Part shown: positions 37,068 through 49,827 of the stretch, piece after piece
Position numbering within the stretch: the first letter of the stretch is position 1
Layout of the letters: every line of letters begins with the position of its first letter
From: Laetmonice hystrix
Lineage: Eukaryota
Assembly (NCBI GenBank): GCA_965235115.1
Contig: OZ249437.1
Span: forward strand, 8,308,001 to 8,372,000
Direction of reading: 5' to 3'
Length of the DNA stretch: 64,000 nt
Made by a program: the position numbers and the translations under genes
Notes under the pieces: generated by a model
Databases searched by the model: none
The model's input: the letters and a program-made list of their open reading frames with translations, nothing else
Told to the model about the DNA's origin: nothing

Positions 37068-38101
37068 CGTAGAACTTGGACTGGTTGGTTTCCGTAGATG
37101 AGACAGTGTTTGACATGAAAGGACAGCGTAGAACTTGGACTGGTTGGTTTCCGTAGTTGAGATGAAAGGACGGCGTAGAACTTGGACTGGTTGGTTTCCG
37201 TAGTTGAGATGAAAGGACGGCGTAGAACTTGGACTGGTTGGTTTCCGTAGATGAGATGAAAGGACGGCGTAGAACTTGGACTGGTTGGTTTCCGTAGTTG
37301 AGATGAAAGGACGGCGTAGAACTTGGACTGGTTGGTTTCCGTAGTTGAGATGAAAGGACGACGTAGAACTTGGACTGGTTGGTTTCCGTAGATGAGATGA
37401 AAGGACGGCGTAGAACTTGGACTGGTTGGTTTCCGTAGATGAGACAGTGTTTAACATGAAAGGACGGCGTAAAACTTGGACTGGTTGGTTTCCGTAGATG
37501 AGACAGTGTTTAACATGAAAGGACGGCGTAAAACTTGGACTGGTTGGTTTCCGTAGATGAGACAGTGTTTGACATGAAAGGACGGCGTAGAACTTGGACT
37601 GGTTGGTTTCCGTAGTTGAGACAGTGTTTAACATGAATGGACGGCGTAGAACTTGGACTGGTTGGTTTCCGTAGATGAGATGAAAGGACGGCGTAGAACT
37701 TGGACTGGTTGGTTTCCGTAGATGAGATGAAAGGACGGCGTAGAACTTGGACTGGTTGGTTTCCGTAGATGAGACAGTGTTTAACATGAAAGGACAACGT
37801 AGAACTTGGACTGGTTGGTTTCCGTAGATGAGATGAAAGGACGGCGTAGAACTTGGACTGGTTGGTTTCCGTAGATGAGATGAAAGGACGGCGTAGAACT
37901 TGGACTGGTTGGTTTCCGTAGATGAGACAGTGTTTGACATGAAAGGACGGCGTAGAACTTGGACTGGTTGGTTTCCGTAGATGAGATGAAAGGACGGCGT
38001 AGAACTTGGACTGGTTGGTTTCCGTAGATGAGATGAAAGGACGGCGTAGAACTTGGACTGGTTGGTTTCCGTAGATGAAACAGTGTTTAACATGAAAGGA
38101 C
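37068..38101. repeat. Minisatellite with 47-bp and ~59-bp unit variants, ~20 copies
   Basis: Unit gaaaggacggcgtagaacttggactggttggtttccgtagatgagat; the long variant inserts cagtgtttaaca. Confidence 0.97.
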
Positions 38102-38257
38102 GTTCCGGACGTCGGGTTTGTGAAAGTAATCTATGGATTAATCTACTGCCCTGTGTTTTCAAAATGTATTTCTATAACAAATGGTCTACCCGTGAACCCG
38201 GTGACCCCATCAAAAAAAAAGCTCCCATCGAGTCCAGTTGAATTGTTCAGTCTGGAC

Positions 38258-39967
38258 GGAGCTATAGATAACTCTGCTGGGTGTGGATGGAGGTATAGAT
38301 AACTCTGCTGGGTGTGGATGGAGGTGTAGATAACTCTGCTGGGTGTGGATGGAGGTATAGATAACTGCTGGGTGTGGATGAAGGTATAGCTAACTGCTGG
38401 GTGTGGATGGAGGTGTAGATAACTGCTGGGTGTGGATGGAGGTGTAGATAACTGCTGGGTGTGGATGGAGGTGTAGATAACTGCTGGGTGTGGATGGAGG
38501 TATAGATAACTGCTGGGTGTGGATGGAGGTATAGATAACTGCTGGGTGTGGATGGAGGTATAGATAACTGCTGGGTGTGGATGAAGGTATAGATAACTGC
38601 TGGGTGTGGATGGAGGTATAGATAACTGCTGGGTGTGGATGGAGGTATAGATAACTGCTGGGTGTGGATGGAGGTGTAGATAACTGCTGGGTGTGGATGG
38701 AGGTATAGATAACTGCTGGGTGTGGATGGAGGTATAGATAACTCTGCTGGGTGTGGATGAAGGTATGGATAACTGCTGGGTGTGGATGGAGGTATAGATA
38801 ACTGCTGGGTGTGGATGGAGGTATAGATAACTGCTGGGTGTGGATGGAGGTATAGATAACTGCTGGGTGTGGATGGAGGTGTAGATAACTCTGCTGGGTG
38901 TGGATGAAGGTATAGATAACTCTGCTGGGTGTGGATGAAGGTATGGATAACTGCTGGGTGTGGATGGAGGTATAGATAACTGCTGGGTGTGGATGGAGGT
39001 GTAGATAACTGCTGGGTGTGGATGAAGGTATAGCTAACTGCTGGGTGTGGATGGAGGTATAGATAACTGCTGGGTGTGGATGAAGGTATAGATAACTGCT
39101 GGGTGTGGATGGAGGTATAGATAACTGCTGGGTGTGGATGGAGGTATAGATAACTGCTGGGTGTGGATGGAGGTGTAGATAACTGCTGGGTGTGGATGGA
39201 GGTATAGATAACTGCTGGGTGTGGATGGAGGTATAGATAACTCTGCTGGGTGTGGATGAAGGTATGGATAACTGCTGGGTGTGGATGGAGGTATAGATAA
39301 CTGCTGGGTGTGGATGAAGGTATAGATAACTGCTGGGTGTGGATGGAGGTATAGATAACTCTGCTGGGTGTGGATGGAGGTATAGATAACTGCTGGGTGT
39401 GGATGGAGGTATAGATAACTGCTGGGTGTGGATGGAGGTATAGATAACTGCTGGGTGTGGATGGAGGTATAGATAACTGCTGGGTGTGGATGGAGGTATA
39501 GATAACTGCTGGGTGTGGATGGAGGTATAGATAACTGCTGGGTGTGGATGGAGGTATAGATAACTGCTGGGTGTGGATGGAGGTATAGATAACTGCTGGG
39601 TGTGGATGGAGGTGTAGATAACTCTGCTGGGTGTGGATGGAGGTATAGATAACTGCTGGGTGTGGATGGAGGTGTAGATAACTGCTGGGTGTGGATGGAG
39701 GTATAGATAACTGCTGGGTGTGGATGGAGGTATAGATAACTGCTGGGTGTGGATGGAGGTATAGATAACTGCTGGGTGTGGATGGAGGTATAGATAACTG
39801 CTGGGTGTGGATGGAGGTATAGATAACTCTGCCGGGTGTGGATGGAGGTATAGATAACTGCTGGGTGTGGATGGAGGTATAGATAACTGCTGGGTGTGGA
39901 TGGAGGTATAGATAACTGCTGGGTGTGGATGAAGGTATAGATAACTGCTGGGTGTGGATGGAGGTAT
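38258..39967. repeat. 29-bp (variant 31-bp) G-rich minisatellite, ~58 copies
   Basis: Unit agataact(ct)gctgggtgtggatggaggtat. Confidence 0.98.
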
Positions 39968-40889
39968 CACCTGTGTTGAGAATATGAGAAGTCCCGACCA
40001 GGGTAATGAATGGCCAGTTCCTTAGAAGAGCGTCGTCCTGACAAGGCCGACCACGGACGACTCGTCTTTTGTCAAATCGAGAGTGATGTGCCGATTCCTG
40101 GCGTGCTCTCGAACTGCGTTCGCCAAGCTTGCCTTGCCTTTTGAAGGAAATCCCAGCAGGCACTAAAGGCCACTCTTCCTGGTCAAATGGAGGGTGAAGG
40201 GGGCTTAGCAATTTTACGAACATTAGTATTTATCATATTGCTGTCAGTCATTCCCGAACCGTCCAATTAATTTACCCGATTTTAAATCATGTCAAGTGTA
40301 ACGATACTTTTGCGCAATGCTGGAGCTGCTGGAGTAAAATGTTCACCAAACATCAAAATTTGCGACTAAAAAATGCAGTTCGTAATATTTTGTTTATGTT
40401 TATTTGACTCAAAACGTAAAGGGGGTCTCACAGAATGTAAAAAAAGACGAGATATCAGATTATTATATGTTTCAGGTCCTTATATGGTAAAGTACAGGAC
40501 AACCTCAAACTACAAAGTGCAGCCCCGTAACCAGGATTATTTTTAGGGGGGGGGGGGGCAACAACAATAAACGGAAAGACCACTTCAATTTTTTACACGG
40601 GTAAATTTTGGACAACTTAAAAAATAAAGTAAAATAAAAATAAAAAGGGCCCCCGCAAATATCTTCACCTCAAAAACGTAACTATTCACTTCAAAAGCGG
40701 AACTGTTGTTTGCCGCAGATGGGGGTAGGTCGAGCCTCCAGAACTACCCATTTTGCAAGACCGCATTTAACGTTTTGAGTGTTTTTTTTGGCTTGAATAT
40801 TTACCTTTTGGGAACATTCTTATGATATGAGGTCTTACAGGGGCTGGATCTATTAGCCATTTAGTATCTTACTTTGTTTCCCCCCTTTG

Positions 40890-42613
40890 ATGGTTAGTGA
40901 AATGAGGGGGTGGTTGGGCTCCGTGTCCGGGACCTGTCAGAGACACGTGGAGATGGTGGTGGGGCTCCGTATCCGGGACCTGTCAGAGACACGTGGAGAT
41001 GGTGGTTGGGCTCCGTATCCTGGGCCTGTCAGAGACACGTGGAGATGGTGGTTAGTGGAATGATGGGGTGGTTGGGCTCCGTATCCTGGGCCTGTCAGAG
41101 ACACGTGGAGATGGTGGTTGGGCTCCGTATCCTGGGCCTGTCAGAGACACGTGGAGATGGTGGTTAGTGGAATGATGGGGTGGTTGGGCTCCGTATCCGG
41201 GGCCTGTCAGAGACACGTGGAGATGGTGGTTGGGCTCCGTGTCCGGGACCTGTCAGAGACACGTGGAGATGGTGGTTGGGCTCCGTATCCTGGGTCTGTC
41301 CGAGACACGTGGAGATGGTGGTTGGGCTCCGTATCCTGGGGCTGTCAGAGACACGTGGAGATGGTGGTTAGTGGAATGAGGGGGTGGTTGAGCTCCGTAT
41401 CCTGGGCCTGTCAGAGACACGTGGAGATGGTGGTTGGGCTCCGTATCCTGGGCCTGTCAGAGACACGTGGAGATGGTGGTTGGGCTCCGTATCCTGGGCC
41501 TGTCAGAGACACGTGGAGATGGTGGTTGGGCTCCGTATCCTGGGGCTGTCAGAGACACGTGGAGATGGTGGTTGAGCTCCGTATCCTGGGTCTGTCCGAG
41601 ACACGTGGAGATGGTGGTTGGGCTCCGTATCCTGGGGCTGTCAGAGACACGTGGAGATGGTGGTTAGTGGAATGAGGGGGTGGTTGAGCTCCGTATCCTG
41701 GGCCTGTCAGAGACACGTGGAGATGGTGCTTGGGCTCCGTATCCTGGGCCTGTCAGAGACACGTGGAGATGGTGGTTGGGCTCCGTATCCTGGGCATGTC
41801 AGAGACACGTGGAGATGGTGGTTGGGCTCCGTATCCTGGGCATGTCAGAGACACGTGGAGATGGTGGTTGGGCTCCGTATCCGGGACCTGTCAGAGACAC
41901 GTGGAGATGGTGGTTGGGCTCCGTATCCTGGGCCTGTCAGAGACACGTGGAGATGGTGGTTGGGCTCGGTATGGTGGTTGGGCTCCGTATCCTGGGCCTG
42001 TCAGAGACACGTGGAGATGGTGGTTGGGCTCCGTATCCGGGGCCTGTCAGAGACACGTGGAGATGGTGGTTGGGCTCCGTATCCTGGGCCTGTCAGAGAC
42101 ACGTGGAGATGGTGGTTAGTGGAATGAGGGGGTGGTTGAGCTCCGTATCCTGGGCCTGTCAGAGACACGTGGAGATGGTGGTTGGGCTCCGTATCCTGGG
42201 CCTGTCAGAGACACGTGCAGATGGTGGTTGGGCTCCGTATCCTGGGCCTGTCAGAGACACGTGGAGATGGTGGTTGGGCTCCGTATCCTGGGTCTGTCAG
42301 AGACACGTGCAGATGGTGGTTGGGTTCCGTATCCTGGGTCTGTCAGAGACACGTGCAGAAGGTGGTTGGGCTCCGTATCCTGGGCCTGTCAGAGACACGT
42401 GGAGATGGTGGTTGGGCTCCGTATCCTGGGCCTGTCAGAGACACGTGGTAATGGTGGTTGGGCTCCGTATCCTGGGCCTGTCAGAGACACGTGGAGATGG
42501 TGGTTGGGCTCCGTATCCTGGGCCTGTCAGAGACACGTGGAGATGGTAGTTAGTGGAATGAGGGGGTGGTTGAGCTCCGTATCCTGGGCCTGTCAGAGAC
42601 ACGTGGAGATGGT
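40890..42613. repeat. 46-bp G-rich minisatellite with a recurrent 20-bp insert, ~35 copies
   Basis: Unit gggctccgtatcctgggcctgtcagagacacgtggagatggtggtt; insert agtggaatga(g/t)ggggtggtt. Confidence 0.98.
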
Positions 42614-44219
42614 TTGCATGGCCTGTTCACACGGAACTGTTGGTGACATCACTGACGTGACGTTATTCGAGTGGGTGGGAGGATTGTTTGCGAAGAGACA
42701 AGCCGAAAGGGGTTGTAAGGGTCCTCCCGTTAGACACGTTTAGGGAAAGTCATCAGAACCAGAGATTGTTCAACTAAAAATATTGGCCCCCAAGGTTTTG
42801 CCGTTAAGAAATGGGGTGTAATGGGCATGCTAAACATTCTTTTCAATTTGATGTGCTCTAGTAATTGGTAGAGATCCGGTTAATTAGGGATGTTGACTGG
42901 ATGGTGGGCGCAGTGATGACTGATAGTTCCTTGTGTTGAAATACTCTCCAAGTTTGTGATGATACATAATCCTTGGAGTTTTCTACCATCACACAGTTTA
43001 TTTACTAAGTCATCCCTCCTCGACCGGACTAAATACAAATAACAGACGACGTTTTCATCCCAAGCTCATGTATTAATGCCCCTAACTCCCCGGCAAGGAT
43101 TGAGTTTGAAGTGATTGATAGATTCATTAGATCCTGTCGTTAAGGTGTGTCTTCTCCTCCAATGAATAATGTTATTTAACCAACATCATCCTGGGCGCGA
43201 TGATCGTGAACCGTGATTTGCTCAAGAAGGTACGATTGCTAAGCTTGGCTGACAGGAACAAAAATCGCCTTCATATTTCTTTAATTGTGATAGTAATTTC
43301 TAGTTAGGAAGCAAAAGGACGTATAGCTTGCCAGAGTTGGCGTATTAACCATCAAGTTTCTAAGTGAATCTGAAGAAATGCAAACTTGATGTGTTTGACG
43401 GTAAAGTTTTGATGTTATCTTGTACTAATGAGACATAGTAATATTTCCGTAACGATGATAGATGGATACTTTCTTTCTAACTTGCGATATCAGCAGAATG
43501 AACATATTCACAAAATTAAAAATCTAACAGAGCACCTTTCGATATTATATTTATAATGTATTATATTTAGCTCGTTTTCCATGCACGTTGCGGTGTCTTC
43601 AATTGGACATCTGTTATTGTTTCAAACTGAGTTAAATAGTTTGCTATTAGGTTGTTATTAGGTTTCTTGGCTAGCTTGTCCATCTGAAGTAATACAAATT
43701 TCCCTCGGATACCTGTAAACAACGTACAGAGGGAGGAGCAAATGTTATGTTGGTGCAAGAACCTTTGAGAAAGACACCGAGTACTTAGTGCATCTCATTG
43801 ACTGAGATTCAGCAGCTTAAGGAATACGGCTGACATGCACTACTTAACCTTAGCAAAGCTTTGTGCTCCACAGCAGGCCATGACTACCTGCCGTAAACCC
43901 AGACGTAACATTTCAAAGATAAACATTAACCCTTCTCCTATGGGGGTAAGTACTTCCATCCAAAACACCCTAAGGGTGTTCCCCCTTCAATAGAAACACT
44001 TGAGTTAGTCTAGAATGACCAATCCTGCATGGGATAAAAACAACTTGAGACGAACGCTGGGTCGGGCAGTGTTGTGACGATTCGGGACTGGTATCACTTA
44101 CTTATGATCGGATTTACAAGGTCGTGACTGTTGGTAAAGGTCGCACTTGGCGTTAATCAACAGATTATCCATCAAACACGTGTCTTCGTGTCATGGTATA
44201 CATGCGTTCCCCGATTGAA

Positions 44220-44341
44220 AGTTTTCCGTGAATTTGTAAAGAATTGCTCGGTATTTGTCCTGATAGAAGCGGGGCTAGCAAGTTTTCCGTGAATTTGTAA
44301 AGAATTGTTTAGTATTTGTCCTGATAGAAGCCGGGCCAGCT
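44220..44341. repeat. ~61-bp direct duplication
   Basis: agttttccgtgaatttgtaaagaattg..tatttgtcctgatagaagc occurs twice. Confidence 0.85.
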
Positions 44342-45060
44342 GCCAACGGCTTCCACCATTCTCGTCAGGTTACTACACATGAGATGGCACACACCGGAAC
44401 ACCTTGAGCGAACTCGCCAGTCACGACATTCCTCACAGCCATCATTGAAGATGACACGGAAGTCTTGGAGATGGTCACAATGGCTTGGTTGACGATGATC
44501 TTGTCGATCGAGGAGAGACGTTGAGTTGACTACCCCTCCCTCCCTACCACGTCTGAACTCCTAGTTAAGGGTAGTAATATGGGAGGCGGCGTGAGCTCGG
44601 GGACCAGGATCCAGGAGGCAGGATGACAGACAATGGCCACTGATGGCGTCTAAAGATGATCCATCTTTTTCTAAATGAATCCCATGGTAATGTTGTAAGA
44701 GGGGGTGAGACGTAATTATCCCCCCCACCCCTCTCCAGCCTAACCCGGAGAGGGAAGCTTACTGTGGAATGATTGTTTACCGTCGCTGTGGTCAAGATGC
44801 CCGTCATCCAAGGTCAAGATGCCCGTCATCCAAACGTTTACCACTGGAGCTTCAGACCAAGTTGAAAATAATGTTAAAAATTTCAACAACAAAAAACGCG
44901 CGACGTATGCCTAATGTATAGTGGTGTATGTTCTCATAGAGATTATATACAGGATTGTTGTGACTACTGACCTGAGAAACGTTGGTATCGACCACAAAAT
45001 TACTAACTCTATCGAGAACACACGTTTTCTACCGCTCACGGTGTACTTTAGACACGAACA

Positions 45061-45321
45061 CAGGCGCGTGGATATTCAGCAGGAAATCTTAAAAAATTAG
45101 AAGGTCTGTGACGCGATTTCTCACAATTTAGGGCCATTTTAGGGCAATATATTTTGTGGATTCATCGCTCAACGGGTTCAAACGGTGGGAATGCTTCGTA
45201 CTTGCTTGTTTGACGTTATTCCGATGAAGCTTAAGCAAAAAAAGTCTATGCTCTGGGGGAGCAGGGGGTCCGGACCCCCTGCACCCCCACCCCCACCTCC
45301 ACCGGACCGGACACGCGCCTA
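45061..45321. mobile_element. Short G/C-tract MITE
   Basis: CAGGCGCGTG ... CACGCGCCTA termini with an internal ggggtccggacccc palindrome. Confidence 0.55.
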
Positions 45322-45949
45322 AAACATGGCGCATTCAAATTTATTTGAAATTAGATATTTTTAAAATAACAACAAACGTTTAGTTTGCAGGCGATGTAAA
45401 GGATCTTAACTCTTTCTGGAAGATACTGTCAGGAAGTCTGCTGGGAATTGCGATGTAGACAGAAATTCATTCGAGCCGGTAGTACTAATGAGATTGATCA
45501 ATACGAAATCCTATATGTGTAAACGAGGGGACAGCTTGCCTGTGTGCCGTGTTCGCCAATCTGCGGTGGCACACTGCTATGGCTGCCGCCAGTCGAGGCC
45601 CAGGTGACGGGTTGACAGATAGACCAGGTGTAGTCACAGTGTGACCACACCGCTGTGACCAGATACATGACGCTTACTGTACACGAATTGTATTCCCATC
45701 TGGAAATGTCCTTCTGTAAATCTCCAGTCGCCGACATTAATGTCAGAGTCATAGGCAGCCTTTCGTGTAATTTCAGACACGTCTCAACACAGTATTATTA
45801 CATGAAGCGGTTGGAGTGACGAGTGACCAATTATGTTTTTATGTGTCCATAGATCTAAGGTCTCCCGTATTTTAGATTTAGTATGGTGATCTTATTGCAT
45901 CATTTATTCTCCAGATTAATTCGAAATAGATTTTTTTTAAATAGTAGAG

Positions 45950-46320
45950 TCGTATTTGTGTTAAAAATTTCCGCAGACGGTCCCATCTTGGCAACATTAT
46001 TTTAATAGTATTTTATTTATATAGAATTAGTGAATTAGTATTAGTATTAGAATTAGTATATATTACTGCCCCCTGTGAGTATAAATAGTCACGTGTACTC
46101 TCCTATACATCGCCATTAGCCGCGCAGTGTACTCCCGCGAGTTGGGTCTTTAACTCTACTATACCGCAGTTTGCAGCCAGGTTTTCTAATATCAATTTAT
46201 ACCGTCCTGTACAATGAATCGTTCAGAACGCAGCAAGTGGAGTTTTAGTCTATTTGAATTCATTGACTGTGAATAAACATTATTATTTAAAGCAACTAGT
46301 CCAGAGTATATTTTCGGGGT
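45950..46320 (+). mobile_element. Possible solo LTR
   Basis: TATAAATA (46080) lies ~190 bp before AATAAAC (46272), an LTR-like spacing. No TG...CA ends, TSD or PBS could be confirmed. Confidence 0.2.
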
Positions 46321-49102
46321 AGGAATAGCTAAGATTTATTTTTATGTTTCACTAAATACAATCGGAATTTCCATTCGGAGAAGGGTTGTCTCTTTTATTG
46401 ACCAGAGTTTGAGCGACGGGTGTGCGTTATCTGGATTAAGGTTGCCTGCGAGGGTCACTGTGTCAGTAGGACTCGGTTATTTCCGCCTCTTGATCCTTAT
46501 AGACATGTTGAGGCTAAGAACACCCAACATGATCTGTCAAAAACTGAGGGGTGGGATCACTCTCCCGATCCCCCACTAAGCCCACAAACTTGCCATTCAT
46601 CACTCAGCCTATGTCAGCTCACAGCAGCTTGGCTACAGGCACATATCCCCTGTCCATGTACAGAAGTTGTTTCAAGGTGTGGCCAGAGTCAAGGATCCTG
46701 CAGGCTCCTGTAGGCTCGGGCCTGTGGCATGGACTCACTAATCAAGTAGAGTTGTAGATCTATTCAAGATGCGAACTAACAGCCTCTAAAGTGTAAATGG
46801 TCCATCCAGCATGGTTGCGTGTTTCCACGTTAGGAATATGGAGCATCTGATTAATCCTTTAATCTCCGCTGCGAACATGGCCATAACAGTAAGACTGACA
46901 CCCGAGACATGGCCGTAACAGTAAGACTGACGCCCGAGAGGTCAAGAGTGCAACTCTTCTTACAAGAGTTATTGTAAAGTGAGATTCTGTACCCTGTCAG
47001 AGGGAGGCAAAGCCTCAAAGTTATGGGAAGGTCGTGTATTGTATTCCTAATCTCTATACGGAAGATTCGAGACAATGGAATACCATCAATTGTAACAATA
47101 GTTGGTATCGGGCTTGTTGACGAGTATTGTATAACATGGCGTCCATGACGGAAGGTCCTCGAGGTCTGGGCTGGCCTGGCGCTGTGAACGGACCGCAGCC
47201 GGCCCGGCTTTATTCTCCTAATAGTTCTCCTTCATTTCATCATGACACTAATGTATCTGTCTGTGGCACGTATTATGTACGACTGGTAATCGATAGGGAA
47301 TCAGTCCCACCGGCTTCTACTGCTGTTGCTTGGACCACTGTGTAGCTTTTCTGGGCCCGAGCAAGATATACAGTCAGCGCCTACCCGTGCCCATACATCA
47401 TAAACTATTGTCTCGCTCTCGCTCTCGCTCTCGCTCTCGTAGCGGCCTTTAAATTCTTGAGAGGTTCTGTAAAATCCTTAGAAAATCATTTTAACTCCTT
47501 GCAAAGATGCGAGCAAAGATGTGTGCATAAGCATTTCTGTAGGGCTATTTATGAGGGATGTGTAGGCGCATGTGCTATTTATGAGGTATGTGTTGGCGCA
47601 TGTGTTATTTATGAGGGGCCAAAGCTGGGGTTGATACCGTGACGACTGCTGTTATTTGTGATAGATAGGAGGAAGGGTGATGGTACTTTTATTGTTATGA
47701 GGTTGTATGAGATTACCACCATTAGGCCATTGTTGCCGGGCGTACGGTCCCCTGACTTGGGGTATATTTGTCACCTTCCTGACCGACAAAGACAAAGACA
47801 GGTGGTATGTACGACGGTCGGCGTGTGGCAGGTGATCAGGGCTGGTATATGGCGGAATTAATGGATCCTGTAGGATTATGGATGGCAGTTAAGGTTTTTC
47901 TTCATGAAGAAAGTTGTCTTTAGGAATGAAACTAAAACGGGGGAAAATGAAATGTGCGGCACGGCGTTATGACCAGGATGAAGGGCCATTCACACTGTCA
48001 CGATTCCTGACACGACTTTTGTGAACGAAGTTCGTGAGCAATTAGTTAGTATTAACACCATCAAACTCGGTTATTTTCATACGAATTTCAGTCGACGGAA
48101 AAGGACAAGCGAGCGAGTTATTTCTTTTGGTTAGATAGGACTTTGTCCCCAATGTGCACGGGTATTGCATACCTGGAATGGAACCCTGGCCACTACTGCA
48201 CCCATCCGGATAGCGTTATGTATCAACACCCGCTCGGCCACCGCCACTTAAAGGGAAGTTTTGGTGGTCGGTAGCACTTACACGGCTGAACAAACCAGTG
48301 CCTTTACCCAGTTGCGGAGCACTGGGGAGGGCCAACGAGAGAAACGTTATGGACGTGGACTGAAATAATTATGGATGAACAAACAGATATTTAATGTAAC
48401 TGTGGTCCTCTGTTAGATGCGTGTGCCCGTAGCCTGGTCCCCGGTGCCTACCATACGCATCCGCTATGTTAGGCCCGGTGATGGCTAACAGAAAGCTGTA
48501 AAACGGAAGTGGTTAACTCCAAGCACTTCCGCCTCGGAGCTAATCACTTCCGCCTCCGGCGTTAACAGAGTGATCGACTTCTGCTTGGAGTGTGGCCGGG
48601 AGTGGCCAACATGCGACTGCGTATGCAGACCGTAGCAGGTGTGGGGACTGGTGACACTATGTTTACATCCAGAAAAGCGAGGACATTTAACACTTGTATT
48701 TTAAAGGGATTAACGAAAATATTTGTATCTTGTTGGGGAAATACGGAGGGTACGGAACTATACCTCGTTTGCGTCCATGTTTTCGATGGGCCAATCACAA
48801 CGCTTGCTTCGATTGGCCGTCACCAGGCTCTATATACGAAGTCAATATAGAGCTGGGGAGCCGGCTACGTGTGCCCGTTTACAGATCATGTGACGCCACA
48901 ATAACGGTATAAAAAACTCCGATTCGTGCGATTATTGCGTGCCGATAGTCCAGGGTTGACAATGCCTGTCTGTCATGTTTCTTTGGTATCAATTTGAGAC
49001 ATGAGTCGCTTACTGCTCATTATTATAAATTGCCTTAATCACAGTGTTTAGAATAACTACTTTTCAAACTGATTATTTAGAACAACAGTACTGCTTGTTT
49101 AA

Positions 49103-49617
49103 AGGAGGCCTATATCCAATACATTCTGGACACATTTCTCCCTCAAATCCATATCCACAGGATTTCGTTTTATTTTCATTGAATTTATATGAGTAATTTC
49201 TCATCATGCTCTGAAATGTGTAGAGTGGCCTTGGCAACTGTCTCGTTACTTTTCACGCAGGCGAAAGAGTCGCGAAAACGCGGGGTTCCCGTGCTCTGGT
49301 TAGTTCCGATACTGACCGCTAGGTGGCATCGACGAAGCAAGCAGATGTTTTAAGTGGAACTATCTACCGCTAGAGGTACGGGGATTTCAAACAAGGTTTG
49401 AAATCCCTTAGAAGTTTGGGCGAGTGTGAAATGAAGCCATATACCACTCCCCGGGGATAAGCTGTCAAGCAGACACTTTCTTAATTTTTAAATCTCACAT
49501 TTAAACAAAAATATGGTCTATGAATAACATGAACATATTACATGAATATAATAGCGTGACAGGACTATTATAAAAGCACCCATGATACATGTTACCTTGT
49601 TAGGGTATAGTCCTCCT
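49103..49617. mobile_element. Non-autonomous Kolobok-type DNA transposon (515 bp)
   Basis: TTAA|AGGAGGCCTATA ... TATAGTCCTCCT|TTAA. Confidence 0.8.
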
Positions 49618-49719
49618 TTAAAGAGAGCTCTACCGATTAGTACGGCACCCAATTACAAGAAGGCATTTTAATGCGTGAACTAATCGCATATATAATGGAG
49701 CTGTGAAGATATATCAAGT

Positions 49720-49827
49720 TCTGGGGTGCGTTTCACAACCTGTCGTTAGCTTGTCGTATACACTGGTGTATTAAATAGAGATTTTAACGCACGACATTAT
49801 AACGATGGTCATGAAACGCACCCCAGA
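49720..49827. mobile_element. Miniature hairpin MITE (family B), copy 2
   Basis: Perfect 16-bp TIRs TCTGGGGTGCGTTTCA ... TGAAACGCACCCCAGA. Confidence 0.8.

Noticed and set aside
37035-38162. 375-aa minus-strand ORF
   Set aside because: Translation of the 47/59-bp tandem array; no unique domain.
38262-40223. 653-aa and 526-aa minus-strand ORFs rich in H/P/S/Y/T
   Set aside because: They are translations of the 29-bp minisatellite, whose C-rich strand has few stop codons. Overlapping frames give the same cyclic peptides.
40910-42743. Multiple overlapping plus-strand ORFs (W/G/V-rich)
   Set aside because: All frames of the 46-bp array; repeat artefact.
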